In this document: piece by piece, positions 51,401-64,000 of the stretch
How positions within the stretch are numbered: position 1 is the first letter of the stretch
How the letters are laid out: each line of letters starts with the position of its first letter
DNA from: Balanoglossus misakiensis
Taxonomy: Eukaryota; Animalia; Hemichordata
NCBI GenBank assembly: GCA_040954595.2
Contig: CM082590.2
Location: 2,108,001 to 2,172,000, forward strand
Direction: 5' to 3'
DNA: 64,000 nucleotides
Position numbers and translations under genes: made by a program
Notes under the pieces: generated by a model
What the model was told of the DNA's origin: nothing
Databases searched by the model: none
Seen by the model: only the letters and a program-made list of their open reading frames with translations

Positions 51401-54400
51401 ATTCTCTGCCCTAGCAAGGGCCAGGGGTACCAATTCTCTGCCCTAGCAAGGGCCAGGGGTACCAATTCTCTGCCCTAGCAAGGTCCAGGGGTACTTATTC
51501 TCTGCCCTATAAAGGTCCATGGGTTCTTATTCTCTGCCCTAGCAATGTCCAGGGGTACCAATTCTCTGCCCTAGCAAGGTCCAGGGGTACTTATTCTCAG
51601 CCCTAGCAAGGTCCAGGGGTACCAATTCTCTGCCCTAGCAAGGGCCAGGGGTACTTATTCTCTGCCCTAGCAAGGGAGAGGAGTGCCAATTCTCTGCCCT
51701 AGCAAGGGCCAGAGGTACTTATTCTCTGCCCTAGCAAGGGCCAGGGGTACTTATTCTCTGCCCTAGCAATGGCCAGAGGTACTTATTCTCTGTCCTATCA
51801 AGGTCCATGGGTTCTTATTCTGTGCCCTAGCAAGGTCCAGGGGTACTTATTCGCTGTCCTATCAAGGTCCATGGGTTCTAATTCTGTGCCCTAGCAAGGT
51901 CCAGGGGTACTTATTCTCTGCCCTAGCAAGGTCCAGGGGTACCAATTCTCAGCCCTAGCAAGGGCCAGGGGTACTTATTCACTGGCCTAGCAAGGTCCAT
52001 GGGTTCTTATTCTCTGCCCTAGCAAGGTCCAGGGGTACCAATTCTCTGCCCTTGCATGGTCCAGGGGTACCAATTCTCTGCCCTAGCAAGGTCCAGGGGT
52101 ACCAATTCTCTGCCCTTTCATGGTCCAGGGGTACTTATTCTCTGCCCTAGCAAGGTCCAGGGGTACCAATTCTCTGCCCTAGCAAGGTCCAGGGGTACCA
52201 ATTCTCTGCCCTTGCATGGTCCAGGGGTACTTATTCTCTGCCCTAGCAAGGACCAGGGGTACCAATTCTCTGCCCTAGCAAGGTCCAGAGGCACTTATTC
52301 ACTGGCCTAGCAAGGTCCATGGGTACTTATTCTCTGCCTTAGCAAGGTCCAGGGGTACCAATTCTCTGCCCTAGCAAGGGCCAGGGGTACCAATTCACCG
52401 CCCTAGCAAGGGCCAGGGGTACTTATTCTCTGCCCTAGCAAGGTCCAGGGGTACCAATTCTCTGCCCTAGCAAGGTCCAGAGGCACTTATTCACTGGCCT
52501 AGCAAGGTCCATGGGTACTTATTCTCTGCCTTAGCAAGGTCCAGGGGTACCAATTCTCTGCCCTAGCAAGGGCCAGGGGTACCAATTCACAGCCCTAGCA
52601 AGGGCCAGGGGTACTTATTCTCTGCCCTAGCAAGGTCCAGGGGTACCAATTCTCTGCCCTAGCAAGGGCCAGGGGTACCAATTCTCTGCCCTAGCAAGGG
52701 CCAGGGGTACCAATTCTCTGCCCTAGCAAGGGCCAGGGGTACCAATTCTCTGCCCTAGCAAGGTCCAGGGGTACTTATTCTCTGCCCTATAAAGGTCCAT
52801 GGGTTCTTATTCTCTGCCCTAGCAATGTCCAGGGGTACCAATTCTCTGCCCTAGCAAGGTCCAGGGGTACTTATTCTCAGCCCTAGCAAGGTCCAGGGGT
52901 ACCAATTCTCTGCCCTAGCAAGGGCCAGGGGTACTTATTCTCTGCCCTAGCAAGGGAGAGGAGTGCCAATTCTCTGCCCTAGCAAGGGCCAGAGGTACTT
53001 ATTCTCTGCCCTAGCAAGGGCCAGGGGTACTTATTCTCTGCCCTAGCAATGGCCAGAGGTACTTATTCTCTGTCCTATCAAGGTCCATGGGTTCTTATTC
53101 TGTGCCCTAGCAAGGTCCAGGGGTACTTATTCGCTGTCCTATCAAGGTCCATGGGTTCTAATTCTGTGCCCTAGCAAGGTCCAGGGGTACTTATTCTCTG
53201 CCCTAGCAAGGTCCAGGGGTACCAATTCTCAGCCCTAGCAAGGGCCAGGGGTACTTATTCACTGGCCTAGCAAGGTCCATGGGTTCTTATTCTCTGCCCT
53301 AGCAAGGTCCAGGGGTACCAATTCTCTGCCCTTGCATGGTCCAGGGGTACCAATTCTCTGCCCTAGCAAGGTCCAGGGGTACCAATTCTCTGCCCTTTCA
53401 TGGTCCAGGGGTACTTATTCTCTGCCCTAGCAAGGTCCAGGGGTACCAATTCTCTGCCCTAGCAAGGTCCAGAGGCACTTTATTCACTGGCCTAGCAAGG
53501 TCCATGGGTACTTATTCTCTGCCTTAGCAAGGTCCAGGGGTACCAATTCACTGCCCTAGCAAGGGCCAGGGGTACCAATTCACAGCCCTAGCAAGGGCCA
53601 GGGGTACTTATTCTCTGCCCTAGCAAGGTCCAGGGGTACCAATTCTCTGCCCTAGCAAGGTCCAGAGGCACTTATTCACTGGCCTAGCAAGGTCCATGGG
53701 TACTTATTCTCTGCCTTAGCAAGGTCCTGGGGTACCAATTCTCTGCCCTAGCAAGGTCCAGGGGTACCAATTCATTGCCCTAGCAAGGGCCAGGGGTACT
53801 TATTCACTGGCCTAGCAAGGTCCATGGGTTCTTATTCTCTGCCCTAGCAAGGGCCAGGGGTACCAATTCTCTGCCCTAGCAAGGGCCAGGGGTACCAATT
53901 CTCTGCCCTAGCAAGGGCCAGGGTTACCAATTCTCTGCCCTAGCAAGGGCCAGGGGTACCAATTCTCTGCCCTAGCAAGGTCCAGGGGTACTTATTCTCT
54001 GCCCTATAAAGGTCCATGGGTTCTTATTCTCTGCCCTAGCAATGTCCAGGGGTACCAATTCTCTGCCCTAGCAAGGTCCAGGGGTACTTATTCTCTGCCC
54101 TAGCAAGGGCCAGGGGTACTTATTCTCAGCCCTAGCAAGGGCCAGTGGTACCAATTCTCTGCCCTAGCAAGGTCCAGGGGAACTTATTCTCTGCCCTATC
54201 AAGGTCCATGGGTTCTTATTCTCTGCCCTAGCAAGGGCCAGGGGTACCAATTCTCTGCCCTTGCATGGTCCAGGGGTACCAATTCTCTGCCCTAGCAAGG
54301 TCCAGGGGTACCAATTCTCTGCCCTTGCATGGTCCAGGGGTACTTATTCTCTGCCCTAGCAAGGACCAGGGGTACCAATTCTCTGCCCTAGCAAGGTCCA

Positions 54401-57400
54401 GAGGCACTTATTCACTGGCCTAGCAAGGTCCATGGGTACTTATTCTCTGCCTTAGCAAGGTCCAGGGGTACCAATTCTCTGCCCTAGCAAGGGCCAGGGG
54501 TACCAATTCACCGCCCTAGCAAGGGCCAGGGGTACTTATTCTCTGCCCTAGCAAGTGCCAGGGGTACTTATTCTCTGTCCTATCAAGGTCAATGGGTTCT
54601 TATTCTCTGCCCTAGCAAGGTCCAGGGGTACCAATTCTCTGCCCTTGCATGGTCCAGGGGTACCAATTCTCTGCCCTTGCATGGTCCAGGGGTACTTATT
54701 CTCTGCCCTAGCAAGGGCCAGGGGTACCAATTCTCTGCCCTAGCAAGGTCCAGGGGTACCAATTCTCTGCCCTAGCAAGGGCCAGGGGTACTTATTCTCT
54801 GCCCTAACAAGGTCCAGGGGTACTTATTCTCTGCCCTAGCAAGGTCCAGGGATACCAATTCTCAGCCCTAGCAAGGGCCAGGGGTACCAATTCTCTGCCC
54901 TTGCACGGTCCAGGGGTACCAATTCTCTGCCCTTGCATGGTCCAGGGGTACTTATTCTCTGCCCTAGCAAGGGCCAGGGGTACCAATTCTCTGCCCTAGC
55001 AAGGTCCAGGGGTACCAATTCTCTGCCCTTGCATGGTCCAGTGGTACTTATTCTCTGCCCTAGCAAGGGCCAGGGGTACTTATTCACTGGCCTAGCAAGG
55101 TCCATGGGTTCTTATTCTCTGCCCTAGCAAGGTCCAGGGGTACCAATTCTCTGCCCTAGCAAGGGCCAGGGGTACTTATTCTCTGCCCTAGCAAGGTCCA
55201 GGGGTACCAATTCTCTGCCCTAGCAAGGGCCAGGGGTACTTATTCTCTGCCCTAGCAAGGTCCATGGGTTCTTATTCTCTGCCCTAGCAAGATCCAGGGG
55301 TACCAATTCTCTGCCCTAGCAAGGGCCAGGGGTACTTATTCACTGGCCTAGCAAGGTCCATGGGTTCTTATTCTCTGCCCTAGCAAGGTCCAGGGGTACC
55401 AATTCATTGCCCTAGCAAGGGCCAGGGGTACTTATTCACTGGCCTAGCAAGGTCCATGGGTTCTTATTCTCTGCCCTAGCAAGGTCCATGGGTTCTTATT
55501 CTCTGCCCTAGCAAGGGCCAGGGGTACCAATTCTCTGCCCTAGCAAGGTCCAGGGGAACTTATTCTTTGCCCTATCAAGGTCCATGGGTTCTTATTCTCT
55601 GCCCTAGCAAGGTCCAGGGGTACCAATTCTCTGCCCTATCAAGGTCCATGGGTTCTTATTCTCTGCCCTAGCAAGGTCCAGGGGTACCAATTCTCTGCCC
55701 TAGTAAGGGCCAGGGGTACTTATTCTCTGCCCTAGCAAGGGCCAGGTGTACCAATTCTCTGCCCTCGCAAGGGCCAGGGGTACCAATTCTCTGCCCTAGC
55801 AAGGTCCAGGGGAACTTATTCTCTGCCCTAGCAAGGTCCATGGGTTCTTATTCTCTGTCCTAGCAAGGTCCAGGGGTACTTATTCTCTGCCCTAGCAAGG
55901 TCCAGGGGTACCAATTCTCTGCCCTATCAAGGTCCATGGGTTCTTATTCTGTGCCCTAGCAAGGTCCAGGGGTACTTATTCTCTGCCCTAGCAAGGTCCA
56001 GGGGTACCAATTCTCAGCCCTAGCAAGGGCCAGGGGTACCAATTCTCTGCCCTAGCAAGGTCCAGGGGTACAAATTCTCTGCCCTTGCATGGTCCAGGGG
56101 TACTTATTCTCTGCCCTAGCAAGGTCCAGGGGTACCAATTCTCTGCCCTAGCAAGGGCCAGGGGTACTTATTCACTGGCCTAGCAAGGTCCATGGGTTCT
56201 TATTCTCTGCCCTAGCAAGGTCCAGGGGTACCAATTCTCAGCCCTAGCAAGGGCCAGGGTTACTTATTCTCTGCCCTAGCAAGGGCCAGTGGTACCAATT
56301 CTCTGCCCTAACAAGATCCAGGGGTACCAATTCTCTGCCCTAGCAAGATCCAGGGGTACTTATTCTCTGCCCTATCAAGGTCCAGGGGTACAAATTCTCT
56401 GCCCTAGCAAGGGCCAGGGGTACTTATTCACTGGCCTAGCAAGGTCCATGGGTTCTTATTCTCTGCCCTAGCAAGGTCCAGGGGTACCAATTCTCAGCCC
56501 TAGCAAGGGCCAGGGTTACTTATTCTCTGCCCTAGCAAGGGCCAGTGGTACCAATTCTCTGCCCTAGCAAGATCCAGGGGTACAAATTCTCTGCCCTAGC
56601 AAGGGCCAGGGGTACCAATTCTCTGCCCTAGAAAGGTCCAGGGGTACCAATTCTCTGCCCTATCAAGGTCCATGGGTTCTTATTCTTTGCCCTAGCAAGG
56701 TCCAGGGGTACCAATTCTCTGCCCTAGCAAGATCCAGGGGTACAATTTCTCTGCCCTAGCAAGGTCCAGGGGTACCAATTCTCTGCCCTTGCATGGTCCA
56801 GGGGTACTTATTCTCTGCCCTAGCAAGGTCCGGGGGTACCAATTCTCTGCCCTAGCAAGGGCCAGGGGTACTTATTCACTGGCCTAGCAAGGTCCATGGG
56901 TTCTTATTCTCTGCCCTAGCAAGGTCCAGGGGTACCAATTCTCAGCCCTAGCAAGGGCCAGGGTTACTTATTCTCATCCCTAGCAAGGGCCAGTGGTACC
57001 AATTCTCTGCCCTAGCAAGATCCAGGGGTACAAATTCTCTGCCCTAGCAAGGGCCAGGGGTACCAATTCTCTGCCCTAGCAAGGTCCAGGGGTACCAATT
57101 CTCTGCCCTATCAAGGTCCATGGGTTCTTATTCTCTGCCCTAGCAAGGTCCAGGGGTACCAATTCTCTGCCCTAGCAAGGTCCAGGGGTACCAATTCTCA
57201 GCCCTTGCATGGTCCAGGGGTACCAATTCTCTGCCCTAGCAAGGGCCAGGGGTACTTATTCACTGGCCTAGCAAGGTCCATGGGTTCTTATTCTCTGCCC
57301 TAGCAAGGTCCAGGGGTACCAATTCTCTGCCCTAGCAAGGGCCAGGGGTACTTATTCACTGGCCTAGCAAGGTCCATGGGTTCTTATTCTCTGCCCTAGC

Positions 57401-60400
57401 AAGGGCCAGGGGTACCAATTCTCTGCCCTAGCAAGGGCCAGGGGTACCAATTCTCTGCCCTAGCAAGGTCCAAGGGAACTTATTCTCTGCCCTATCAAGG
57501 TCCATGGGTTCTTATTCTCTGCCCTAGCAAGGTCCAGGGGTACCAATTCTCTGCCCTATCAAGGTCCATGGGTTCTTATTCTCTGCCCTAGCAAGGTCCA
57601 GGGGTACCAATTCTCTGCCCTAGCAAGGGCCAGGGGTACTTATTCTCTGCCCTAGCAAGGGCCAGGGGTACCAATTCTCTGCCCTCGCAAGGGCCAGGGG
57701 TACCAATTCTCTGCCCTAGCAAGTGCCAGGGGTACTTATTCTCTGTCCTATCAAGGTCCATGGGTTCTTATTCTGTGCCCTAGCAAGGTCCAGGGATACT
57801 TTTTCTCTGCCCTAGCAAGGTCCAGGGGTACCAATTCTCAGCCCTAGCAAGGGCCAGGGGTACCAATTCTCTGCCCTAGCAACGTCCAGGGGTACCAATT
57901 CTCTGCCCTTGCATGGTCCAGGGGTACTTATTCTCTGCCCTAGCAAGATCCAGGGGTACCAATTCTCTGCCCTTGCATGGTCCAGGGGTACAAATTCTCT
58001 GCCCTTGCATGGTCCAGGGGTACTTATTCTCTGCCCTAGCAAGGTCCAGGGGTACTTATTCTCTGCCCTAGCAAGGGCCAGGGGTACCAATTCACAGCCC
58101 TAGCAAGGGCCAGGGGTACCAATTCACTGCCCTAGCAAGGGCCAGGGGTACTTATTCACTGGCCTAGCAAGGTCCATGGGTTCTTATTCTCTGCCCTAGC
58201 AAGGGCCAGGGGTACCAATTCTCTGCCCTAGCAAGGGCCAGGGGTACCAATTCTCTGCCCTAGCAAGGGCCAGGGGTACCAATTCTCTTCCCTAGCAAGG
58301 TCCAGGGGTACTTATTCTCTGCCCTATCAAGGTCCATGGGTTCTTATTCTCTGCCCTATTAAGGTCCAGGGGTACCAATTCTCTGCACTAGCAAGGTCCT
58401 GGGGTACTTATTCTCTGCCCTAGCAAGGGCCAGGGGTACTTATTCTCTGCCCTATCAAGGTCCATGGGTTCTTATTCTCTGCCCTAGCAAGGTCCAGGGG
58501 TACCAATTCTCTGCCCTAGCAAGGTCCAGGGGTACTTATTCTCTGCCCTAGCAAGGGCCAGGGGTACTTATTCTCTGCCCTAGCAAGGGCCAGGGGTACA
58601 AATTCTCTGCCCTAGCAAGGTCCAGGGGTACCAATTCTCTGCCCTAGCAAGGGCCAGGGGTACCAATTATCTGCCCTAGCAAGGGCCAGGGGTACCAATT
58701 CTCTGCCCTAGCAAGGTCCAGGGGTACTTATTCTCTGCCCTAGCAAGGTCCAGGGGTACCAATTCTCTGCCCTAGCAAGGGCCAGGGGTACTTATTCTCT
58801 GCCCTAGCAAGGGCCAGTGGTACCAATTCTCTGCCCTAGAAAGGTCCAGGGGAACTTATTCTCTGCCCTATCAAGGTCCATGGGTTCTTATTCTCTGCCC
58901 TAGCAACGGCCAGGGGTACCAATTCTCTGCCCTAGCAAGGGCCAGGGGTACCAATTCTCTGCCCTAGCAAGGTCCAGGGGAACTTATTCTCTGCCCTATC
59001 AAGGTCCATGGGTTCTTATTCTCTGCCCTAGCAAGGGCCAGGGGTACCAATTCTCTGCCCTAGCAAGGTCCAGGGGCACCAATTCTCTGCCCTTGCATGG
59101 TCCAGGAGTACTTATTCTCTGCCCTAGCAAGGTCCATGGGTTCTTATTCTCTGCCCTAGCAAGGTCCAGGGGTACCGATTCTCTGCCCTAGCAAGGGCCA
59201 GGGGTACTTATTCTCTGCCCTATCAAGGTCCAGGGGTACTTATTCTCAGCCCTAGCAAGGTCCAGGGGTACCAATTCTCTGCCCTAGCAAGGGCCAGGGG
59301 TACTTATTCTCTGCCCTAGCAAGGGCCAGGGGTACCAATTCTCTGCCCTAGCAAGGTCCACGGGTACTTATTCTCTGCCCTAGCAAGTGCCAGGGGTACT
59401 TATTCTCTGTCCTATCAAGGTCCATGGGTTCTTATTCTGTGCCCTAGCAAGGTCCAGGGATACTTTTTCTCTGCCCTAGCTAGGTCCAGGGGTACCAATT
59501 CTCAGCCCTAGCAAGGGCCAGGGGTACCAATTCTCTGCCCTAGCAAGGTCCAGGGGTACCAATTCTCTGCCCTTGCATGGTCCAGGGGTACTTATTCTCT
59601 GCCCTAGCAAGATCCAGGGGTACCAATTCTCTGCCCTTGCATGGTCCAGGGGTACAAATTCTCTGCCCTTGCATGGTCCAGGGGTACTTATTCTCTGCCC
59701 TAGCAAGGGCCAGGGGTACCAATTCTCTGCCCTAGCAAGGTCCAGGGGTACAAATTCTCTGCCCTTGCATGGTCCAGTGGTACTTATTCTCTGCCCTAGC
59801 AAGGGCCAGGGGTACTTATTCACTGGCCTAGCAAGGTCCATGGGTTCTTATTCTCTGCCCTAGCAAGGTCCAGGGGTACCAATTCTCAGCCCTAGCAAGG
59901 GCCAGGGGTACCAATTCTTTGCCCTAGCAAGGGCCAGGGGTACTTATTCTCTGCCCTAGCAAGGGCCAGGGGTACTTATTCTATGCCCTAGCAAGGTCCA
60001 GGGGTACCAATTCTCAGCCCTAGCATGGTCCAGGGGTACCAATTCTCTGCCCTAGCAAGGTCCAGGGGTACCAATTCTCTGCCCTTGCATGGTCCAGGGG
60101 TACTTATTCACTGGCCTAGCAAGGTCCAGAGGCACTTATTCACTGGCCTAGCAAGGTCCATGGGTTCTTATTCTCTGCCCTAGCAAGGACCAGGGGTACT
60201 TATTCTCTGCCCTATCAAGGTCCATGGGTTCTTATTCTCTGCCCTAGCAAGGTCCAGGGGTACCAATTCTCAGCCCTAGCAAGGGCCAGGGGTACCAATT
60301 CTCTGCCCTAGCAAGGTCCAGGGGTACCAATTCTCTGCCTTTGCATGGTCCAGGAGTACTTATTCTCTGCCCTAGCAAGGTCAATGGGTTCTTATTCTCT

Positions 60401-63400
60401 GCCCTAGCAAGGTCCAGGGGTACCAATTCTCTGCCCTTGCATGGTCCAGGGGTACCAATTCTCTGCCCTTGCATGGTCCAGGGGTACTTATTCTCTGCCC
60501 TAGCAAGGGCCAGGGGTACCAATTCTCTGCCCTAGCAAGGTCCAGGGGTACCAATTCTCTGCCCTAGCAAGGGCCAGGGGTACTTATTCTCTGCCCTAAC
60601 AAGGTCCAGGGGTACTTATTCTCTGCCCTAGCAAGGTCCAGGGATACCAATTCTCAGCCCTAGCAAGGGCCAGGGGTACCAATTCTCTGCCCTTGCACGG
60701 TCCAGGGGTACCAATTCTCTGCCCTTGCATGGTCCAGGGGTACTTATTCTCTGCCCTAGCAAGGGCCAGGGGTACCAATTCTCTGCCCTAGCAAGGTCCA
60801 GGGGTACCAATTCTCTGCCCTTGCATGGTCCAGTGGTACTTATTCTCTGCCCTAGCAAGGGCCAGGGGTACTTATTCACTGGCCTAGCAAGGTCCATGGG
60901 TTCTTATTCTCTGCCCTAGCAAGGTCCAGGGGTACCAATTCTCTGCCCTAGCAAGGGCCAGGGGTACTTATTCTCTGCCCTAGCAAGGTCCAGGGGTACC
61001 AATTCTCTGCCCTAGCAAGGGCCAGGGGTACTTATTCTCTGCCCTAGCAAGGTCCATGGGTTCTTATTCTCTGCCCTAGCAAGATCCAGGGGTACCAATT
61101 CTCTGCCCTAGCAAGGGCCAGGGGTACTTATTCACTGGCCTAGCAAGGTCCATGGGTTCTTATTCTCTGCCCTAGCAAGGTCCAGGGGTACCAATTCATT
61201 GCCCTAGCAAGGGCCAGGGGTACTTATTCACTGGCCTAGCAAGGTCCATGGGTTCTTATTCTCTGCCCTAGCAAGGTCCATGGGTTCTTATTCTCTGCCC
61301 TAGCAAGGGCCAGGGGTACAAATTCTCTGCCCTAGCAAGGTCCAGGGGAACTTATTCTTTGCCCTATCAAGGTCCATGGGTTCTTATTCTCTGCCCTAGC
61401 AAGGTCCAGGGGTACCAATTCTCTGCCCTATCAAGGTCCATGGGTTCTTATTCTCTGCCCTAGCAAGGTCCAGGGGTACCAATTCTCTGCCCTAGCAAGG
61501 GCCAGGGGTACTTATTCTCTGCCCTAGCAAGGGCCAGGTGTACCAATTCTCTGCCCTCGCAAGGGCCAGGGGTACCAATTCTCTGCCCTAGCAAGGTCCA
61601 GGGGAACTTATTCTCTGCCCTAGCAAGGTCCATGGGTTCTTATTCTCTGTCCTAGCAAGGTCCAGGGGTACTTATTCTCTGCCCTAGCAAGGTCCAGGGG
61701 TACCAATTCTCTGCCCTATCAAGGTCCATGGGTTCTTATTCTGTGCCCTAGCAAGGTCCAGGGGTACTTATTCTCTGCCCTAGCAAGGTCCAGGGGTACC
61801 AATTCTCAGCCCTAGCAAGGGCCAGGGGTACCAATTCTCTGCCCTAGCAAGGTCCAGGGGTACAAATTCTCTGCCCTTGCATGGTCCAGGGGTACTTATT
61901 CTCTGCCCTAGCAAGGTCCAGGGGTACCAATTCTCTGCCCTAGCAAGGGCCAGGGGTACTTATTCACTGGCCTAGCAAGGTCCATGGGTTCTTATTCTCT
62001 GCCCTAGCAAGGTCCAGGGGTACCAATTCTCAGCCCTAGCAAGGGCCAGGGTTACTTATTCTCTGCCCTAGCAAGGGCCAGTGGTACCAATTCTCTGCCC
62101 TAACAAGATCCAGGGGTACCAATTCTCTGCCCTAGCAAGATCCAGGGGTACTTATTCTCTGCCCTATCAAGGTCCAGGGGTACAAATTCTCTGCCCTAGC
62201 AAGGGCCAGGGGTACTTATTCACTGGCCTAGCAAGGTCCATGGGTTCTTATTCTCTGCCCTAGCAAGGTCCAGGGGTACCAATTCTCAGCCCTAGCAAGG
62301 GCCAGGGTTACTTATTCTCTGCCCTAGCAAGGGCCAGTGGTACCAATTCTCTGCCCTAGCAAGATCCAGGGGTACAAATTCTCTGCCCTAGCAAGGGCCA
62401 GGGGTACCAATTCTCTGCCCTAGAAAGGTCCAGGGGTACCAATTCTCTGCCCTATCAAGGTCCATGGGTTCTTATTCTTTGCCCTAGCAAGGTCCAGGGG
62501 TACCAATTCTCTGCCCTAGCAAGATCCAGGGGTACAATTTCTCTGCCCTAGCAAGGTCCAGGGGTACCAATTCTCTGCCCTTGCATGGTCCAGGGGTACT
62601 TATTCTCTGCCCTAGCAAGGTCCGGGGGTACCAATTCTCTGCCCTAGCAAGGGCCAGGGGTACTTATTCACTGGCCTAGCAAGGTCCATGGGTTCTTATT
62701 CTCTGCCCTAGCAAGGTCCAGGGGTACCAATTCTCAGCCCTAGCAAGGGCCAGGGTTACTTATTCTCATCCCTAGCAAGGGCCAGTGGTACCAATTCTCT
62801 GCCCTAGCAAGATCCAGGGGTACAAATTCTCTGCCCTAGCAAGGGCCAGGGGTACCAATTCTCTGCCCTAGCAAGGTCCAGGGGTACCAATTCTCTGCCC
62901 TATCAAGGTCCATGGGTTCTTATTCTCTGCCCTAGCAAGGTCCAGGGGTACCAATTCTCTGCCCTAGCAAGGTCCAGGGGTACCAATTCTCAGCCCTTGC
63001 ATGGTCCAGGGGTACCAATTCTCTGCCCTAGCAAGGGCCAGGGGTACTTATTCACTGGCCTAGCAAGGTCCATGGGTTCTTATTCTCTGCCCTAGCAAGG
63101 TCCAGGGGTACCAATTCTCTGCCCTAGCAAGGGCCAGGGGTACTTATTCACTGGCCTAGCAAGGTCCATGGGTTCTTATTCTCTGCCCTAGCAAGGGCCA
63201 GGGGTACCAATTCTCTGCCCTAGCAAGGGCCAGGGGTACCAATTCTCTGCCCTAGCAAGGTCCAAGGGAACTTATTCTCTGCCCTATCAAGGTCCATGGG
63301 TTCTTATTCTCTGCCCTAGCAAGGTCCAGGGGTACCAATTCTCTGCCCTATCAAGGTCCATGGGTTCTTATTCTCTGCCCTAGCAAGGTCCAGGGGTACC

Positions 63401-64000
63401 AATTCTCTGCCCTAGCAAGGGCCAGGGGTACTTATTCTCTGCCCTAGCAAGGGCCAGGGGTACCAATTCTCTGCCCTCGCAAGGGCCAGGGGTACTTATT
63501 CTCTGCCCTAGCAAGGGCCAGTGGTACCAATTCTCTGCCCTAGCAAGGTCCAGGGGAACTTATTCTCTGCCCTATCAAGGTCCATGGGTTCTTATTCTCT
63601 GCCCTAGCAAGGGCCAGGGGTACCAATTCTCTGCCCTAGCAAGGTCCATGGGTTCTTATTCTCTGCCCTAGCAAGGTCCAGGGGTACCAATTCTCTGCCC
63701 TAGCAAGGTCCAGGGGTACTTATTCTCTGCCCTAGCAAGGGCCAGGGGTACTTATTCTCTGCCCTAGCAAGGGCCAGGGGTACAAATTCTCTGCCCTAGT
63801 GAGGTCCAGGGGTACCAATTCTCTGCCCTAGCAAGGTCCAGGGGTACTTATTCTCTGCCCTAGCAAGGGCCAGGGGTACCAATTCACAGCCCTAGCAAGG
63901 GCCAGGGGTACCAATTCTCTGCCCTAGCAAGGGCCAGGGGTACTTATTCTCTGCCCTAGCAAGGGCCAGTGGTACTAATTCTCTGCCCTAGCAAGGTCCA
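30439..64000. repeat. 32-bp tandem satellite array, right block (~1049 monomers, runs off the window end)
   Basis: Same monomer and orientation as the left block. It carries more variant types and occasional 1-bp indels (e.g. ~31160, ~31621, ~35158, ~45926, ~53479). Confidence 0.99.

Noticed and set aside
37653-62263. Similar short ORFs in the right satellite
   Set aside because: Same artefact; no independent coding signal.
1-64000. CRISPR array (32-bp, partly palindromic repeat next to an RT gene)
   Set aside because: Monomers are directly adjacent with no unique spacers, there are no cas genes, and the RT is a eukaryotic LINE type.

Overview
This is eukaryotic DNA, most likely from an animal (inferred from the element type). 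About 57 kb is a 32-bp tandem satellite (consensus GCCCTAGCAAGG(G/T)CCAGGGGTAC(CA/TT)ATTCTCT) at 1-23768 and 30439-64000, containing nested multi-monomer duplications. The array is interrupted by one apparently full-length, intact 6670-bp non-LTR retrotransposon on the minus strand (23769-30438), flanked by a perfect 13-bp target-site duplication (GGGTACAAATTCT). ORF2 encodes APE endonuclease, reverse transcriptase and a C-terminal CCHC-type motif (RTE-X-like, clade tentative). The element has three unusual features. (1) ORF1 reads as signal-peptide-like leader, ~70 aa of unknown sequence, a viral-type 2A motif (LLLSGDIESNPGP), then an L1-type ORF1p. (2) ORF1 and ORF2 are in the same frame, separated by a single TAA, with no in-frame AUG before the endonuclease domain. 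(3) The ~1.85-kb 5' leader holds a long inverted repeat built from ~105-bp CCAAT-containing tandem units. All other ORFs in the track look like artefacts of the satellite or shadows of the two real ORFs.
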